Source: Betaproteobacteria bacterium
GTDB lineage: Bacteria; Pseudomonadota; Gammaproteobacteria; Burkholderiales; Casimicrobiaceae
Assembly: GCA_027492485.1 (NCBI GenBank)
Contig: JAPUER010000079.1
Coordinates: 161,844 to 225,843 of the forward strand
DNA length: 64,000 nucleotides
Direction of reading: 5' to 3'
Shown here: positions 29,452 to 38,523 of the stretch, in pieces
Layout: every line of letters starts with the position of its first letter
Numbering within the stretch: position 1 is the stretch's first letter
Translations under genes and position numbers: made by a program
The notes under the pieces: model-generated
The model's database searches: none
The model's input: only the letters and a program-made list of their open reading frames with translations
What the model was told of the DNA's origin: nothing

Positions 29452-30645
29452 ATGCGCTTCGCATTCGAGGCGATCGACGCCAGCGGCCGCCGCGAGCGCG
29501 GCGAGATGAGCGCTGCCGACGAACGCGCGGCGCTGAAAGCGCTTGCCGCCCGCGGACTGACCGCTCTCAGCCTGGCGCCACGAACCGAAGTGCCGGCGAG
29601 TAGCGCCGCGCGCAGGATCGGCAGCGCGGACCGGGCCCTGGCGGTGCGTCAGCTTTCCGGTTTGATCGATGGCGGCGTGACGCTGCCTGCTGCGTTGCAA
29701 TCGGTCGCGCAGAGCAGCGCGCAGCCAACCATCGCAGCCGAGTTGCGCGCGGTGCATGCGGCGCTCGACGGCGGCGAGCCGCTCGCGTCGGCCTTCGCCC
29801 GCGCACCGAAATTGCTGCCGCTGGTCGAACGGCAGGTGGTCGTCGCCGGCGCCGAAGCGGGCGATCTGGCGCGGGTGCTGGCGCGACTGGCTGACTATCT
29901 GGAGGATCGCGACGCATTGCGCGGCAAGCTGGTCGGGGCAATGGTCTACCCCTCGGTGGTCGGCATCGTGGCGCTTTGCGTGATCGTCGCGCTGCTGGTG
30001 TTTGTCATGCCGCAAATCGTTGCCGCGTTCGCGCAGACCAAACAGCAATTGCCGTGGCTGACACGCAGCCTGTTGTCGGTCGCGAATGCCCTGCGCCAGT
30101 ACGGCGTCTGGCTGCTCGCGCTGCTGCTGGCCGTGGTGGTGCTGGCGCTCTGGTCGTTGCGTGGTCCGCTGCGGCAGCGCGGGCTTGCCCTGTTGCAGCG
30201 CCTGCCGCTGCTCGGACCGCTGGCGCAGAGCGCCGACGAAGTCCGCGTGCTGACCACGCTGGCGATGCTGGTGGAGAGTGCCGTGCCGCTGCCGCGTGCA
30301 ATGATTGCGGCGGCGACGACGGCGCGCTTTGCAGCCAACGGCAAACGGCTCGACGCGGCGCGGACCCTGATCGAACGCGGCAGCGCCGTGACCGTGGCGT
30401 TTACCGAGGCGCAGGCGCTCGACGGCATGTCGCTGGAGCTGTTGCGGCACGGCGAAGCGGTGGGTGGCGTGGCCGCCGCCTTTGCCAAGGCCGCGCAGCT
30501 GAAGCGGCAGGCGCTGGAACGCCGTCTGCAATGGTTCGCCACGCTCGTTGAGCCGGTGATGATCCTGCTGCTCGGCGGCGTGGTGCTGTTGCTGGTGCTG
30601 GCGGTAATGCTGCCGATCGTCACGCTCAACTCGGCCGTGCGCTAG
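29452..30645 (+). CDS. gspF: Type II secretion inner-membrane platform protein
   Basis: GspF/PilC fold: AMVYP, FVMPQI, LPWLTR.L and VEPVMIL. Confidence 0.9.
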   Translation: MRFAFEAIDASGRRERGEMSAADERAALKALAARGLTALSLAPRTEVPASSAARRIGSADRALAVRQLSGLIDGGVTLPAALQSVAQSSAQPTIAAELRAVHAALDGGEPLASAFARAPKLLPLVERQVVVAGAEAGDLARVLARLADYLEDRDALRGKLVGAMVYPSVVGIVALCVIVALLVFVMPQIVAAFAQTKQQLPWLTRSLLSVANALRQYGVWLLALLLAVVVLALWSLRGPLRQRGLALLQRLPLLGPLAQSADEVRVLTTLAMLVESAVPLPRAMIAAATTARFAANGKRLDAARTLIERGSAVTVAFTEAQALDGMSLELLRHGEAVGGVAAAFAKAAQLKRQALERRLQWFATLVEPVMILLLGGVVLLLVLAVMLPIVTLNSAVR

Positions 30646-30668
30646 GAGACCAGCCTAACGCCCGCCCG

Positions 30669-31715
30669 TCACTCCAGCCGTTGTTCGTCGCGGTAGAAAC
30701 GGTAGAGCAGCTTATCGTTCCTGAACGGATACTCGTCAAGCACGTGGTGCACGAGTGACGCATCGAGCAGGCGCTGGCCGGCACTCAGCGCCTGGTTGAG
30801 CGTGTAGTTCTGCACCAGCATCCAGTCGACCGCTTCGCTGCCGACGAAACAATTGGCGTAGGTGGTGCCACGGGACGAGCGGTCGGCAACGTTGAAACCC
30901 GCCTCGCTGCGCACCAGCGAATAGAAATGGTCAAGCGTCCAGCGCGGCGGCAACTGCGCGACGCGGAAGTAATGGTTGCCGTAGTCGAAAATCTGTTCGC
31001 GGGCAACGTGATAGATCAGCTCGGCCGCCTGCAACGCCTGGCCGATGGCGATCGCCTTGTCGCGACTGACGCGCAGTGCGCGTTCGAGCCAGACGACGCC
31101 TTCGCTGGCGACGAAACATTCGGGCAAAACGCGCAGCAGGTAGCTGCGGTCGGCGATGTTGACGCCGCCGGAACGATGCATGCGAAAGGCGAGGGCGGCG
31201 AGGTGGATGCCGTCGGATTCCGCCGCCGCGATGGCGCGCGCCCGAGCGCCACCAGTCGTCGTTTGCGCCGCTGCCCGGATGTAGGGGCCGATGCGGCGCA
31301 TCGCCCCCTCCACCGTCTCGCGATCGCCGACCAACTCCTCCAGCAGCCGCTCGCCGGTGAGGTTCCAGCGCCACGGGTTGATCTGCGGCACGGCGTAGTC
31401 GGCACCGGCTTCATGCGCCCAGTCGACGATGACCTCGTCCGCCCAGTGCGTGGCGGAGGCGATCACCCCGATTTTGGCCTCCGGCAGCGTCTGCCGCACG
31501 CGCGTGCAGGCATTGGCTAACCGAATGCCGCGGGCCGCCAGCGCCGCCAGATCGAGCACCACCGCGACCGGCAGGCCGTTGCCGCCCTTGTTGAGTTTGC
31601 GCTGCAGATCGGCCGCATCGTCGAAGGCATCGAGCACACCCTTCAACGCATCGGCGCTGGCACGCATCAGCGCGAGCGTGACCGGATCGTTGCAAAGGAG
31701 GAGGATCTTGAGCAT
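30669..31715 (-). CDS. Receiver-like domain plus two tandem DEP domains
   Basis: N-terminal KILLLCND/VVLDL/AGADY; two repeats of V..DR....Y..CFV.SE.V.W...G..L....I.HV...F....Y.F (aa about 172-252 and 262-342). Confidence 0.78.
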   Translation of the reverse strand: MLKILLLCNDPVTLALMRASADALKGVLDAFDDAADLQRKLNKGGNGLPVAVVLDLAALAARGIRLANACTRVRQTLPEAKIGVIASATHWADEVIVDWAHEAGADYAVPQINPWRWNLTGERLLEELVGDRETVEGAMRRIGPYIRAAAQTTTGGARARAIAAAESDGIHLAALAFRMHRSGGVNIADRSYLLRVLPECFVASEGVVWLERALRVSRDKAIAIGQALQAAELIYHVAREQIFDYGNHYFRVAQLPPRWTLDHFYSLVRSEAGFNVADRSSRGTTYANCFVGSEAVDWMLVQNYTLNQALSAGQRLLDASLVHHVLDEYPFRNDKLLYRFYRDEQRLE

Positions 31716-31851
31716 CGCGTTTTCCGTTTGCCGGCGCCAAGGAGTGGTGTTGCGTGGGCTCCGGCGCGTCGCCAATGCGACGCCGTCCGCCACTCGTCCG
31801 GCGCTTCTGCGGTACAAATACTATTCGATTGCTTTCTGTATTGTCACGCCC

Positions 31852-32391
31852 ATGCTGCTGCGCAACGCCACCGACGGCGACCTGATCGCCATCCATTCGA
31901 TCTATGCGCACTGGGTGACGCACGGCACCGGCAGCTTCGAGCTGGAGCCGCCGGACATCGCGGAGATGGCGCGGCGGCGTGCCGACGTGCTGGCGCGCGG
32001 CTTGCCCTATCTGGTGGCGGAGGACGGCGGCCGCATTGTCGGCTATGCCTATGCCAACTGGTTCCGGCCACGACCCGCCTATCGCTTCACGGTTGAAAAC
32101 TCGGTGTACGTCGACAAAGGAGCGCATCGCGGCGGCGTCGCCCGGTTATTGCTGGCGGAACTGCTCAGCCGCTGCGAGGTTGCCGGCGCCCGGCAGATGA
32201 TTGCAGTGATCGGCGACTCGGCCAACACCGGTTCCATCGGGCTGCACGCGGCGATGGGCTTCGATCACATCGGCACGCTGCGCTCGACCGGCTGGAAGTT
32301 CGACCGCTGGCTGGATACCGTGTTCATGCAGCGCGCGCTGGGCCTGGGCAACGGCGCCTCGCCGCTGCCGCCGGAACAGGGGGCGGCGTGA
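31852..32391 (+). CDS. GNAT N-acetyltransferase (Pat/YncA-like)
   Basis: IYAHWV..GTGSFE, YRFTVENSVYV, SIGLH..MGF and KFDRWLD motifs. Confidence 0.92.
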   Translation: MLLRNATDGDLIAIHSIYAHWVTHGTGSFELEPPDIAEMARRRADVLARGLPYLVAEDGGRIVGYAYANWFRPRPAYRFTVENSVYVDKGAHRGGVARLLLAELLSRCEVAGARQMIAVIGDSANTGSIGLHAAMGFDHIGTLRSTGWKFDRWLDTVFMQRALGLGNGASPLPPEQGAA

Positions 32392-34187
32392 TCGCCGGTC
32401 GTCGGCCCGGTCGCGGTTGCAGGTTGACCGTAAACAGGATTGTTCCGGCGCGGCTGCTGGCGCTGGCGCTGCTCGCGTTTTGCAGCGCGCACGCCGGGCT
32501 CGCCGGTGCCCAGAACCAGGCACCGGAGGCCGCCACCGGCAGCACGGCGAAACAGGGTTTCAACTTCCAGCGCCAGGGCGTGGCCGCGGCCAATCCGCTC
32601 GCTGTCGAGGCCGGCTATGCCATGTTGCGGCGGGGGGGCAGCGCCATCGACGCGGCAATCGCCACGCAACTGGTGCTCGGCCTCGTCGAGCCGCAAAGCT
32701 CGGGGCTGGGCGGCGGCGCCTTCATCGTGATGCACGATGCCAAAGCGGGCCGCACGCGCAGCTACGACGGCCGCGAGACGGCGCCAGCGGCGGCGAAGCC
32801 GGACCGCTTCATCGGCAGCGACGGACTGCCGCTCAAGTTTCACGACGCCGTGGTCGGTGGCCGTGCGGTCGGCGTGCCGGGCACCGTGGCGCTGCTTGCC
32901 GAGACACACCGCAAGCATGGCCGTTTGCCGTGGCGGCAGTTGTTCGAGCCCGCCATCGCGCTCGCGGAGCAGGGTTTTCCGGTCAGTCCCCGGCTGCACA
33001 TGCAGTTGCGGGGCGAGCGCTTTCTCAAGCTCGACGCGGCGTCGCGGGCCTATTTTTACGGCCCCGACGGCGAACCCTGGCCGGTGGGCTACGCGCTGAA
33101 GAATCCGGACTACGCCGCGACGCTGCGCGCCATTCGCGACGGCGGCGCCAAAGCGTTCTACGAGGGCGAGATCGCCGCCGACATCGTGCGCGTCGCCCGC
33201 GCGCAGGCCAACGCCAGCGACCTGACGGAGGCCGACTTTGCCGCCTATCGGGTGTTCGAGCGCGATCCGGTCTGCGCGCCTTATCGCCGGCTGCGTGTTT
33301 GCGGCATGCCGCCGCCGTCCTCGGGCGGCATCGCGGTGGCGCAGATGCTGTCGTTTCTGGAGCGCTTCCCGCTCGCCGCCTGGGGGCCGAACGCCATCGA
33401 CAGCCTGCACGTGTTCGCCGAGGCCGGGCGTCTGGCCTTCGCCGACCGCAACCGCTATCTGGGCGACCCGGACTTCGTCGCCATTCCGCGCGGCATGCTC
33501 GACGCGGGCTACCTCAAATCGCGTGGCGCGCAGATCGATCCCGCGCGCAGCATGAAGCGCGCCGAAGCCGGCACCCCGCCGGGCAGCAAACTGGCGCTGG
33601 CGCCGGATGCGACGATCGAGGCGTCCGGCACCTCGCACATTTCGGTGGTCGACCGCTACGGCAACGCGGTGGCGATGACCACCACCATCGAAGACCAGTT
33701 CGGTGCCCGCGTCATGGTGCGCGGCTTTCTGCTCAACAATGAGCTGACCGATTTTTCCTTCCTGCCGCAGGAGGGCGGCCAGCCGGTGGCCAACCGCATC
33801 GAGCCGGGCAAGCGGCCGCGCTCGTCGATCGCGCCAACCATCGTCTACGACCGTCACGGCAAGCCGCTGATCGTGACCGGCTCGCCGGGCGGCAGCGCCA
33901 TCATCAACTACGTCGCCAAGAGCATCGTGGCGATGCTCGACTGGGGGATGACGCCGCAGCAGGCGGCCGATCTGCCGAATTTCGGCTCGCGCAACGGGCC
34001 AACGGAGATCGAACGCGGCACCGCGCTGGAGGCGCTGAAGCCGGCGCTGGAGGCACGCGGCCACACGGTCAGCGTGCTCGACTTCACCAGCGGACTGCAT
34101 ATCCTGCAGCGGGTCGACGGCAAGCGCGGCCGTCAATGGCGCGGCGGTGCCGATCCGCGCCGCGAAGGCATCGTGTTCGGCGACTGA
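32388..34187 (+). CDS. ggt: Gamma-glutamyltransferase
   Basis: VEPQSSGLGGG, DGRETAP, GTSHISVVD (catalytic Thr), LLNNELTDF, PGKRPRSS and GSPGG motifs. Confidence 0.96.
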   Translation: MIAGRRPGRGCRLTVNRIVPARLLALALLAFCSAHAGLAGAQNQAPEAATGSTAKQGFNFQRQGVAAANPLAVEAGYAMLRRGGSAIDAAIATQLVLGLVEPQSSGLGGGAFIVMHDAKAGRTRSYDGRETAPAAAKPDRFIGSDGLPLKFHDAVVGGRAVGVPGTVALLAETHRKHGRLPWRQLFEPAIALAEQGFPVSPRLHMQLRGERFLKLDAASRAYFYGPDGEPWPVGYALKNPDYAATLRAIRDGGAKAFYEGEIAADIVRVARAQANASDLTEADFAAYRVFERDPVCAPYRRLRVCGMPPPSSGGIAVAQMLSFLERFPLAAWGPNAIDSLHVFAEAGRLAFADRNRYLGDPDFVAIPRGMLDAGYLKSRGAQIDPARSMKRAEAGTPPGSKLALAPDATIEASGTSHISVVDRYGNAVAMTTTIEDQFGARVMVRGFLLNNELTDFSFLPQEGGQPVANRIEPGKRPRSSIAPTIVYDRHGKPLIVTGSPGGSAIINYVAKSIVAMLDWGMTPQQAADLPNFGSRNGPTEIERGTALEALKPALEARGHTVSVLDFTSGLHILQRVDGKRGRQWRGGADPRREGIVFGD

Positions 34188-34218
34188 GCGCGCGTCCGCC
34201 AACCACTGCGGAGGGCGA

Positions 34219-34537
34219 TCACCTTTTTTGCTGCAAGCCTTATTGGATAAGGGCGGATGGCCCGTTTTGTCTAAAAGTCGGCTTGGGATATGCGAACTGG
34301 CCAGCAGCCGAGCGCGCGTGGACCGAAGAGCGCTCCTCCCCCGCTTGCCGGGGAAGGTTGGGAGGGGGTACGTGGTCTCGCCGGAGCGTCCACCCGAAAA
34401 CTGCCGCCGCCTTCATACCCCACCCCAACCCTCCCCGGCGAGCGGGGAGGGAGTCGCGAAATCGCCAGTCAGGTGTCGACTTTCTGTGATTTGACGCATC
34501 GAGCCCATATGGAACAAGGCTTTCCGCGAAAAGCCAT
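34219..34537. repeat. Dyad intergenic element copy B with a REP doublet between duplicated centres
   Basis: Left arm 34219-34276, GTCGGC 34277-34282, internal REP doublet 34333-34453, GTCGAC 34475-34480, right arm 34481-34537 (AGCCCATATGGAACA...AAAAGCCAT). Confidence 0.78.
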
Positions 34538-34698
34538 ATGCCGCAACGCCATCCCATCCCGCCGCCGGCGCGACCAGGCGGCGGCGCCAGGTAACGCACT
34601 GTAACGCCGCAACTGTTGCCGTCCGCAGCGACGGCGCCGACAATTGCCGGCATTACAGCCAGCTTCATTGGCTCGGCGCCAATCGTGCGGGGGAAACC

Positions 34699-36753
34699 AT
34701 GATCTGTCCATTGCACCGAACCTTGCGACATCTGGCAGCGTTGGTCGCCTTGAGTTTGCCGCTGACGGTGACGCACGCCACCTACACCATCACCGGCGGC
34801 CCCGGCCCGGCACCGGTCAACGCGACGACGCCGAACGCGGACTACGCGCAGCTCGACGCCATCATGACCCAGTTCATGCAGAACGCGAACGTGCCGAATG
34901 CCCAGCTTGCCGTGGGCCACGGCGGCCGCATCGTCTTCGTGCGCGGCTACACCGCGAGCACCACCGAGCGGCCGTTGCAGACGATCACGGCGACGGTCAA
35001 TTCCGTTTCCCGCACCTACAACGAGCCGGCCTACCAGACGACGCAGCCGAACAGCCGCTTCCGCATGGCCAGCCTGTCCAAGCTGGTCACCGGCCTGGCC
35101 ATTCAGCAACTGGTGCTCGACGGCAAGCTTGCGATGACCGATTCCGCCTACGCTATCCTGCGCGAAGACCCGTCCACCACCGCCTTTGCCGGCGCGCCGG
35201 CGGACGCCAACATGCTCAACGTCACCGTCAAGCATCTGGTCAATCACGAATCGGGGATCGCACGCGGCGCCCCGCTCGCCACTCCGGCCGGCCAGCCGCA
35301 GGACATCGTCGACTACGCCGATCCGCCGGGCACCGTGAAGCCGTGGCCGTACCCGTACAACGTGGCGACGATTCAGGAGTGGGTCAAAACCTGCAAGCGC
35401 CATGTCGAAATCGATCTGCCACGGCGCAAGCTGCACTATGTGCCGGGCAGCCCGCCGCAGCAGAGCGGCGCCTACTATCAGTACTACACCAACATGGCCT
35501 ACTGCTGGGCGGAGCGCGTCATCGAAATCCGCTCCGGCATGAGCTACGAGGACTACGTGCTGGCGAAAGTGCTGCGGCCGCTCGGCATCGACAAACCGCG
35601 GCTGGCGCAGAACGACAACATGGCGCGCTGGTACACGGCCGACAGCGCCAACGCCGAGGTCAACGCCTACTACGACCAACCGATTGCCGCGAACCCGGCG
35701 GCGACGCTGTACGCCAACTGGTGCGCGCTGTACGAGAGCACGCCGGCGCCGCCCGGCTGCGTCGGCCCGCGCCCGAACAACTATCGCGCCCACGACTACG
35801 GCGGCGCCGGCGGCTGGGTGTTCTCGGCGCAGGAGTACCTGCGCATGCTGCAAAGCGCCAAGCTGCGGTTGCGGGCGCCCTACCTGCTGGACTTTCCGGC
35901 GAGCAACGGCAGCGGTTCCGATTCGTTGTTCGAAGGGCCGACGCTCTCCAGCGGCACCAGCGGCAGCAACAGCTTCAGCTATCGCTACAGCTATGGCGCC
36001 GGCGTCACCGAGTGGCGGGTGACGGCCAGCAATCAATTGCTTGGCTACTTCGTAGCCCACACCGGCAGCCTACCCGGCGCCCGTTCGTTCTACCAGCTCG
36101 ACGACGTGACGCCGATGAACTGGGTGGTGGTGCTCAACACCAGTCCGGACTGGGACTATGGCTCGTGCAGCAGCACGACCACCGTTCCGGCGGCGAGCAA
36201 ATACTGGTGCCTGCTGCAGGGCAACCGCGTCAGCGAAAACAACGGCGCCACCATCACCGATCCGAGCGCGTCCAACTCAATCTTCACCCAGATGCGCGCG
36301 ATCTACGGCAATGCCGCCAAACGCGCACAGCTGGAAGCCGCCGCCGACGTCTGGGCGGACCAGATCGCGTTGCCCTGCAACCTCGATGTCAATGCCGGCG
36401 GCGCCGGCAATGGTGCCAGCAACGGCGTCGCCGACGGCTTGATGATCCTGCGCGCCATGCAGGGCGGGCGCGGTGCGAGCATCGCGGCCAGCGCCGTCGG
36501 GGCCACGTCGGCGGGCACGACGACCTTTGACCGCGCCGAAAAGAACGCCCGCGACCTCGTTTCGACGCGCGTGGTCGACCTCGACGGCGATGGCGTGGTC
36601 GCCCCGGCGCTCGACGGCGTGCTGCTGCTGCGGACCATGCTCGGCATGCGCGGCGCGGCGGTCACCGGCGGCCTCACCATTGCCGGGCTGCGCAACGACT
36701 GGACGTCGATCCGAACTTACCTGAACACGCGCTGCAATGCGGCGTTGCCATGA
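34699..36753 (+). CDS. Secreted serine hydrolase (beta-lactamase/PBP fold) with C-terminal dockerin-like module
   Basis: Signal peptide; FRMASLSK (SxxK), YTN (YxN) and HTG motifs; from 36376 a duplicated CNLDV..DGLMILRAM / DLDGDG..DGVLLLRTML..YLNTRC module. Confidence 0.85.
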   Translation: MICPLHRTLRHLAALVALSLPLTVTHATYTITGGPGPAPVNATTPNADYAQLDAIMTQFMQNANVPNAQLAVGHGGRIVFVRGYTASTTERPLQTITATVNSVSRTYNEPAYQTTQPNSRFRMASLSKLVTGLAIQQLVLDGKLAMTDSAYAILREDPSTTAFAGAPADANMLNVTVKHLVNHESGIARGAPLATPAGQPQDIVDYADPPGTVKPWPYPYNVATIQEWVKTCKRHVEIDLPRRKLHYVPGSPPQQSGAYYQYYTNMAYCWAERVIEIRSGMSYEDYVLAKVLRPLGIDKPRLAQNDNMARWYTADSANAEVNAYYDQPIAANPAATLYANWCALYESTPAPPGCVGPRPNNYRAHDYGGAGGWVFSAQEYLRMLQSAKLRLRAPYLLDFPASNGSGSDSLFEGPTLSSGTSGSNSFSYRYSYGAGVTEWRVTASNQLLGYFVAHTGSLPGARSFYQLDDVTPMNWVVVLNTSPDWDYGSCSSTTTVPAASKYWCLLQGNRVSENNGATITDPSASNSIFTQMRAIYGNAAKRAQLEAAADVWADQIALPCNLDVNAGGAGNGASNGVADGLMILRAMQGGRGASIAASAVGATSAGTTTFDRAEKNARDLVSTRVVDLDGDGVVAPALDGVLLLRTMLGMRGAAVTGGLTIAGLRNDWTSIRTYLNTRCNAALP

Positions 36754-36973
36754 CGCCGAAATGGACGGGCCCGCTGCCATGCGCCGCATCATGGCAAATC
36801 CTACCTGTATCGGCAGGAATTGTTCTCGCCGCCGACGCTGCCGTTCGCGTAAAAAACATTTGATTAGTGACTTGCCTCAGACAAGCAGGGCGCACGCAAA
36901 GGTATGGGTGTGCAGTGCATCGCGCCGTAACCGGGACAACGACGAAATGACACGCCGAGACGCGCTCCATGCA

Positions 36974-37092
36974 GTGGCTTTCCGCTAAAAGCGGCATCGG
37001 CATTTGGTTTGCCGCGTATTTCGACAACAGTCAACTTTTTGATTTTTCAGCGATTACGCTCGATGCCCAAGCGCATTTCGCTAAAAAGCTGC
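36974..37092. repeat. Dyad intergenic element copy E (diverged)
   Basis: GTGGCTTTC-N12-CATCGGCATTTGGTT...GTCAAC(37030-37035)...57 nt ending AAAAGCTGC. Confidence 0.6.
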
Positions 37093-37350
37093 TGCGAACA
37101 ATGAGCCAAATCGCAGTTCGTCCGCTATTGCATGCAACGGGCTGTTCCGCCGGTTTCGTCGAAGAGCTACCGGCGGCGGTGTTGCGTAAAGTGCATGACG
37201 CCGGCATAATGGCGACGTCATGGCAGAAACCAGAAACTGCATGTTTATTTGCGTCGGTTTGACGGGTTTGGCACGTGAAATACGTCTATCGACAATGTGG
37301 CGACAACCGTGCACACGTAACCCGTTGCCGGCGAGAAGCGCTTGAACTTC

Positions 37351-37379
37351 TTCACAATTCACTTTCGCTTGTGTAGCAT
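37351..37379 (+). promoter_or_regulatory. Putative sigma70 promoter of the cohesin-like operon
   Basis: TTCACA-17 nt-TAGCAT with upstream TG (extended -10), about 22 nt before the start codon; AGGGG RBS-like site. Confidence 0.45.
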
Positions 37380-37401
37380 GGTATCGATTAGGGGCCTCAA
37401 C

Positions 37402-38499
37402 ATGCATATGAAGACAATTCGCTCGCTTGCATACACCGGTTTGATCGGGCTCACGACGCTGGCGGCCACGACGGCGATGTCCGTGCAGGCGGCTCAGGTG
37501 CTGAAGCCCAAGAGCACTGCGGGTGCCGTGCTCGCCTCGCAGGATGGCGCAGGCACGATCAGCGTGCCCATTGGTCAGACGTTGTACTTCGACATGGAAT
37601 ACAGCGTGACCGGTAACCAGACCAAAGATGAGGCGGGTATCGGCCTCAAAGTCGGTTATGACACCAACTTCTTCGACTTGGTGGTGCCGACCACGGCGGT
37701 CACCGCGTTGCACACCAAGTGCATGATCGCCTCCCCGAGCGATCAGGCCGCGACCGGCACATTGCGCGAAGTCGTGTTTGGCTGGATCGACACCTCGATT
37801 CGCACGACACCGACTGCTGGCGCTGTAGGTTGGCCTGGCACGGCTGACCCCGCTGCCCCCGGCGCCACCAACGGCTGCCTCAATCCCGGCAGCATTGTCA
37901 CCGAGAGTGGCGCGCTGATGGCCAGCAACGCGGCCACACTCAACTTGTTCCGCATTGGTCTGAAGGCCAAGAGCTCCGGCCTGACTGTGGGCTCATCCAC
38001 CAGTACCGTGACTATCAATACTGCGGGGAATATTTCGTACGCCAGTACCGGCAACGCGGACACTAGCAAGACTATCAATGTTGTCGCTGCTGCGGCACCG
38101 GCTTGTAATTTGGATGTGGATGGCGACGGACAGGTATTGGCCGCGAAGGATGGGATACTGCTCCAGCGGGCACTTAATCCAAACGTGAGCGACGCCAATG
38201 TTGTCGCAGGGATCACAATAACTGGTTCGCGCAACACTGGCGCACTGATCCGTCAGTATCTCAATACATTCATGAGCGGTGTTGGTGTTGCCGCAAACAT
38301 CGGCCCATCGGTTCTAGATGTTGACGGCAATAGCTCGACGACATCGGCCGTGGACGGTGTCGCCATTAAGCGCGCCCTCAACGTAAACGTTTCCGCTGCA
38401 AACGTCGTGGCAGGCCTGTCGTTGGCCGCCGGTACCACGGGTCAATCCGTTAGGCAATACCTGAATAGCACATGCGGCCTGAGTTTGCCGACCAACTAA
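37402..38499 (+). CDS. Secreted cohesin-like plus dockerin-like adaptor protein
   Basis: Signal peptide; GQTLYFDMEY..AGIGLKVGYDT..VFGWID..NLFRIGLKAK cohesin-like beta-sandwich; from 38104 duplicated LDVDGDG..DGILLQRAL / LDVDGN..DGVAIKRAL..YLNSTC. Confidence 0.72.
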   Translation: MHMKTIRSLAYTGLIGLTTLAATTAMSVQAAQVLKPKSTAGAVLASQDGAGTISVPIGQTLYFDMEYSVTGNQTKDEAGIGLKVGYDTNFFDLVVPTTAVTALHTKCMIASPSDQAATGTLREVVFGWIDTSIRTTPTAGAVGWPGTADPAAPGATNGCLNPGSIVTESGALMASNAATLNLFRIGLKAKSSGLTVGSSTSTVTINTAGNISYASTGNADTSKTINVVAAAAPACNLDVDGDGQVLAAKDGILLQRALNPNVSDANVVAGITITGSRNTGALIRQYLNTFMSGVGVAANIGPSVLDVDGNSSTTSAVDGVAIKRALNVNVSAANVVAGLSLAAGTTGQSVRQYLNSTCGLSLPTN

Positions 38500-38523
38500 T
38501 TGCGTAGAGAACGGAAGTCTGAA

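Noticed and set aside
32265-34202. Long antisense ORFs (also 4332-6194, 34240-36060, 42474-44243, 44250-45932, 55369-56805)
   Set aside because: Shadow ORFs opposite well-supported genes, expected in high-GC DNA; no motifs.
34699-36300. Calling the serine hydrolase an antibiotic-resistance beta-lactamase
   Set aside because: The fold and motifs are shared with many peptidases and esterases; no evidence of beta-lactam specificity.
36790-36910. Possible c-di-GMP-I riboswitch (GGCAAA...CGCAAAG)
   Set aside because: No GNRA-capped P2 stem and wrong spacing; far from the next start codon.
37269-37283. Possible sigma54 promoter (TGGCACG) before the cohesin-like operon
   Set aside because: The -12 element reads ATAC instead of TTGC.
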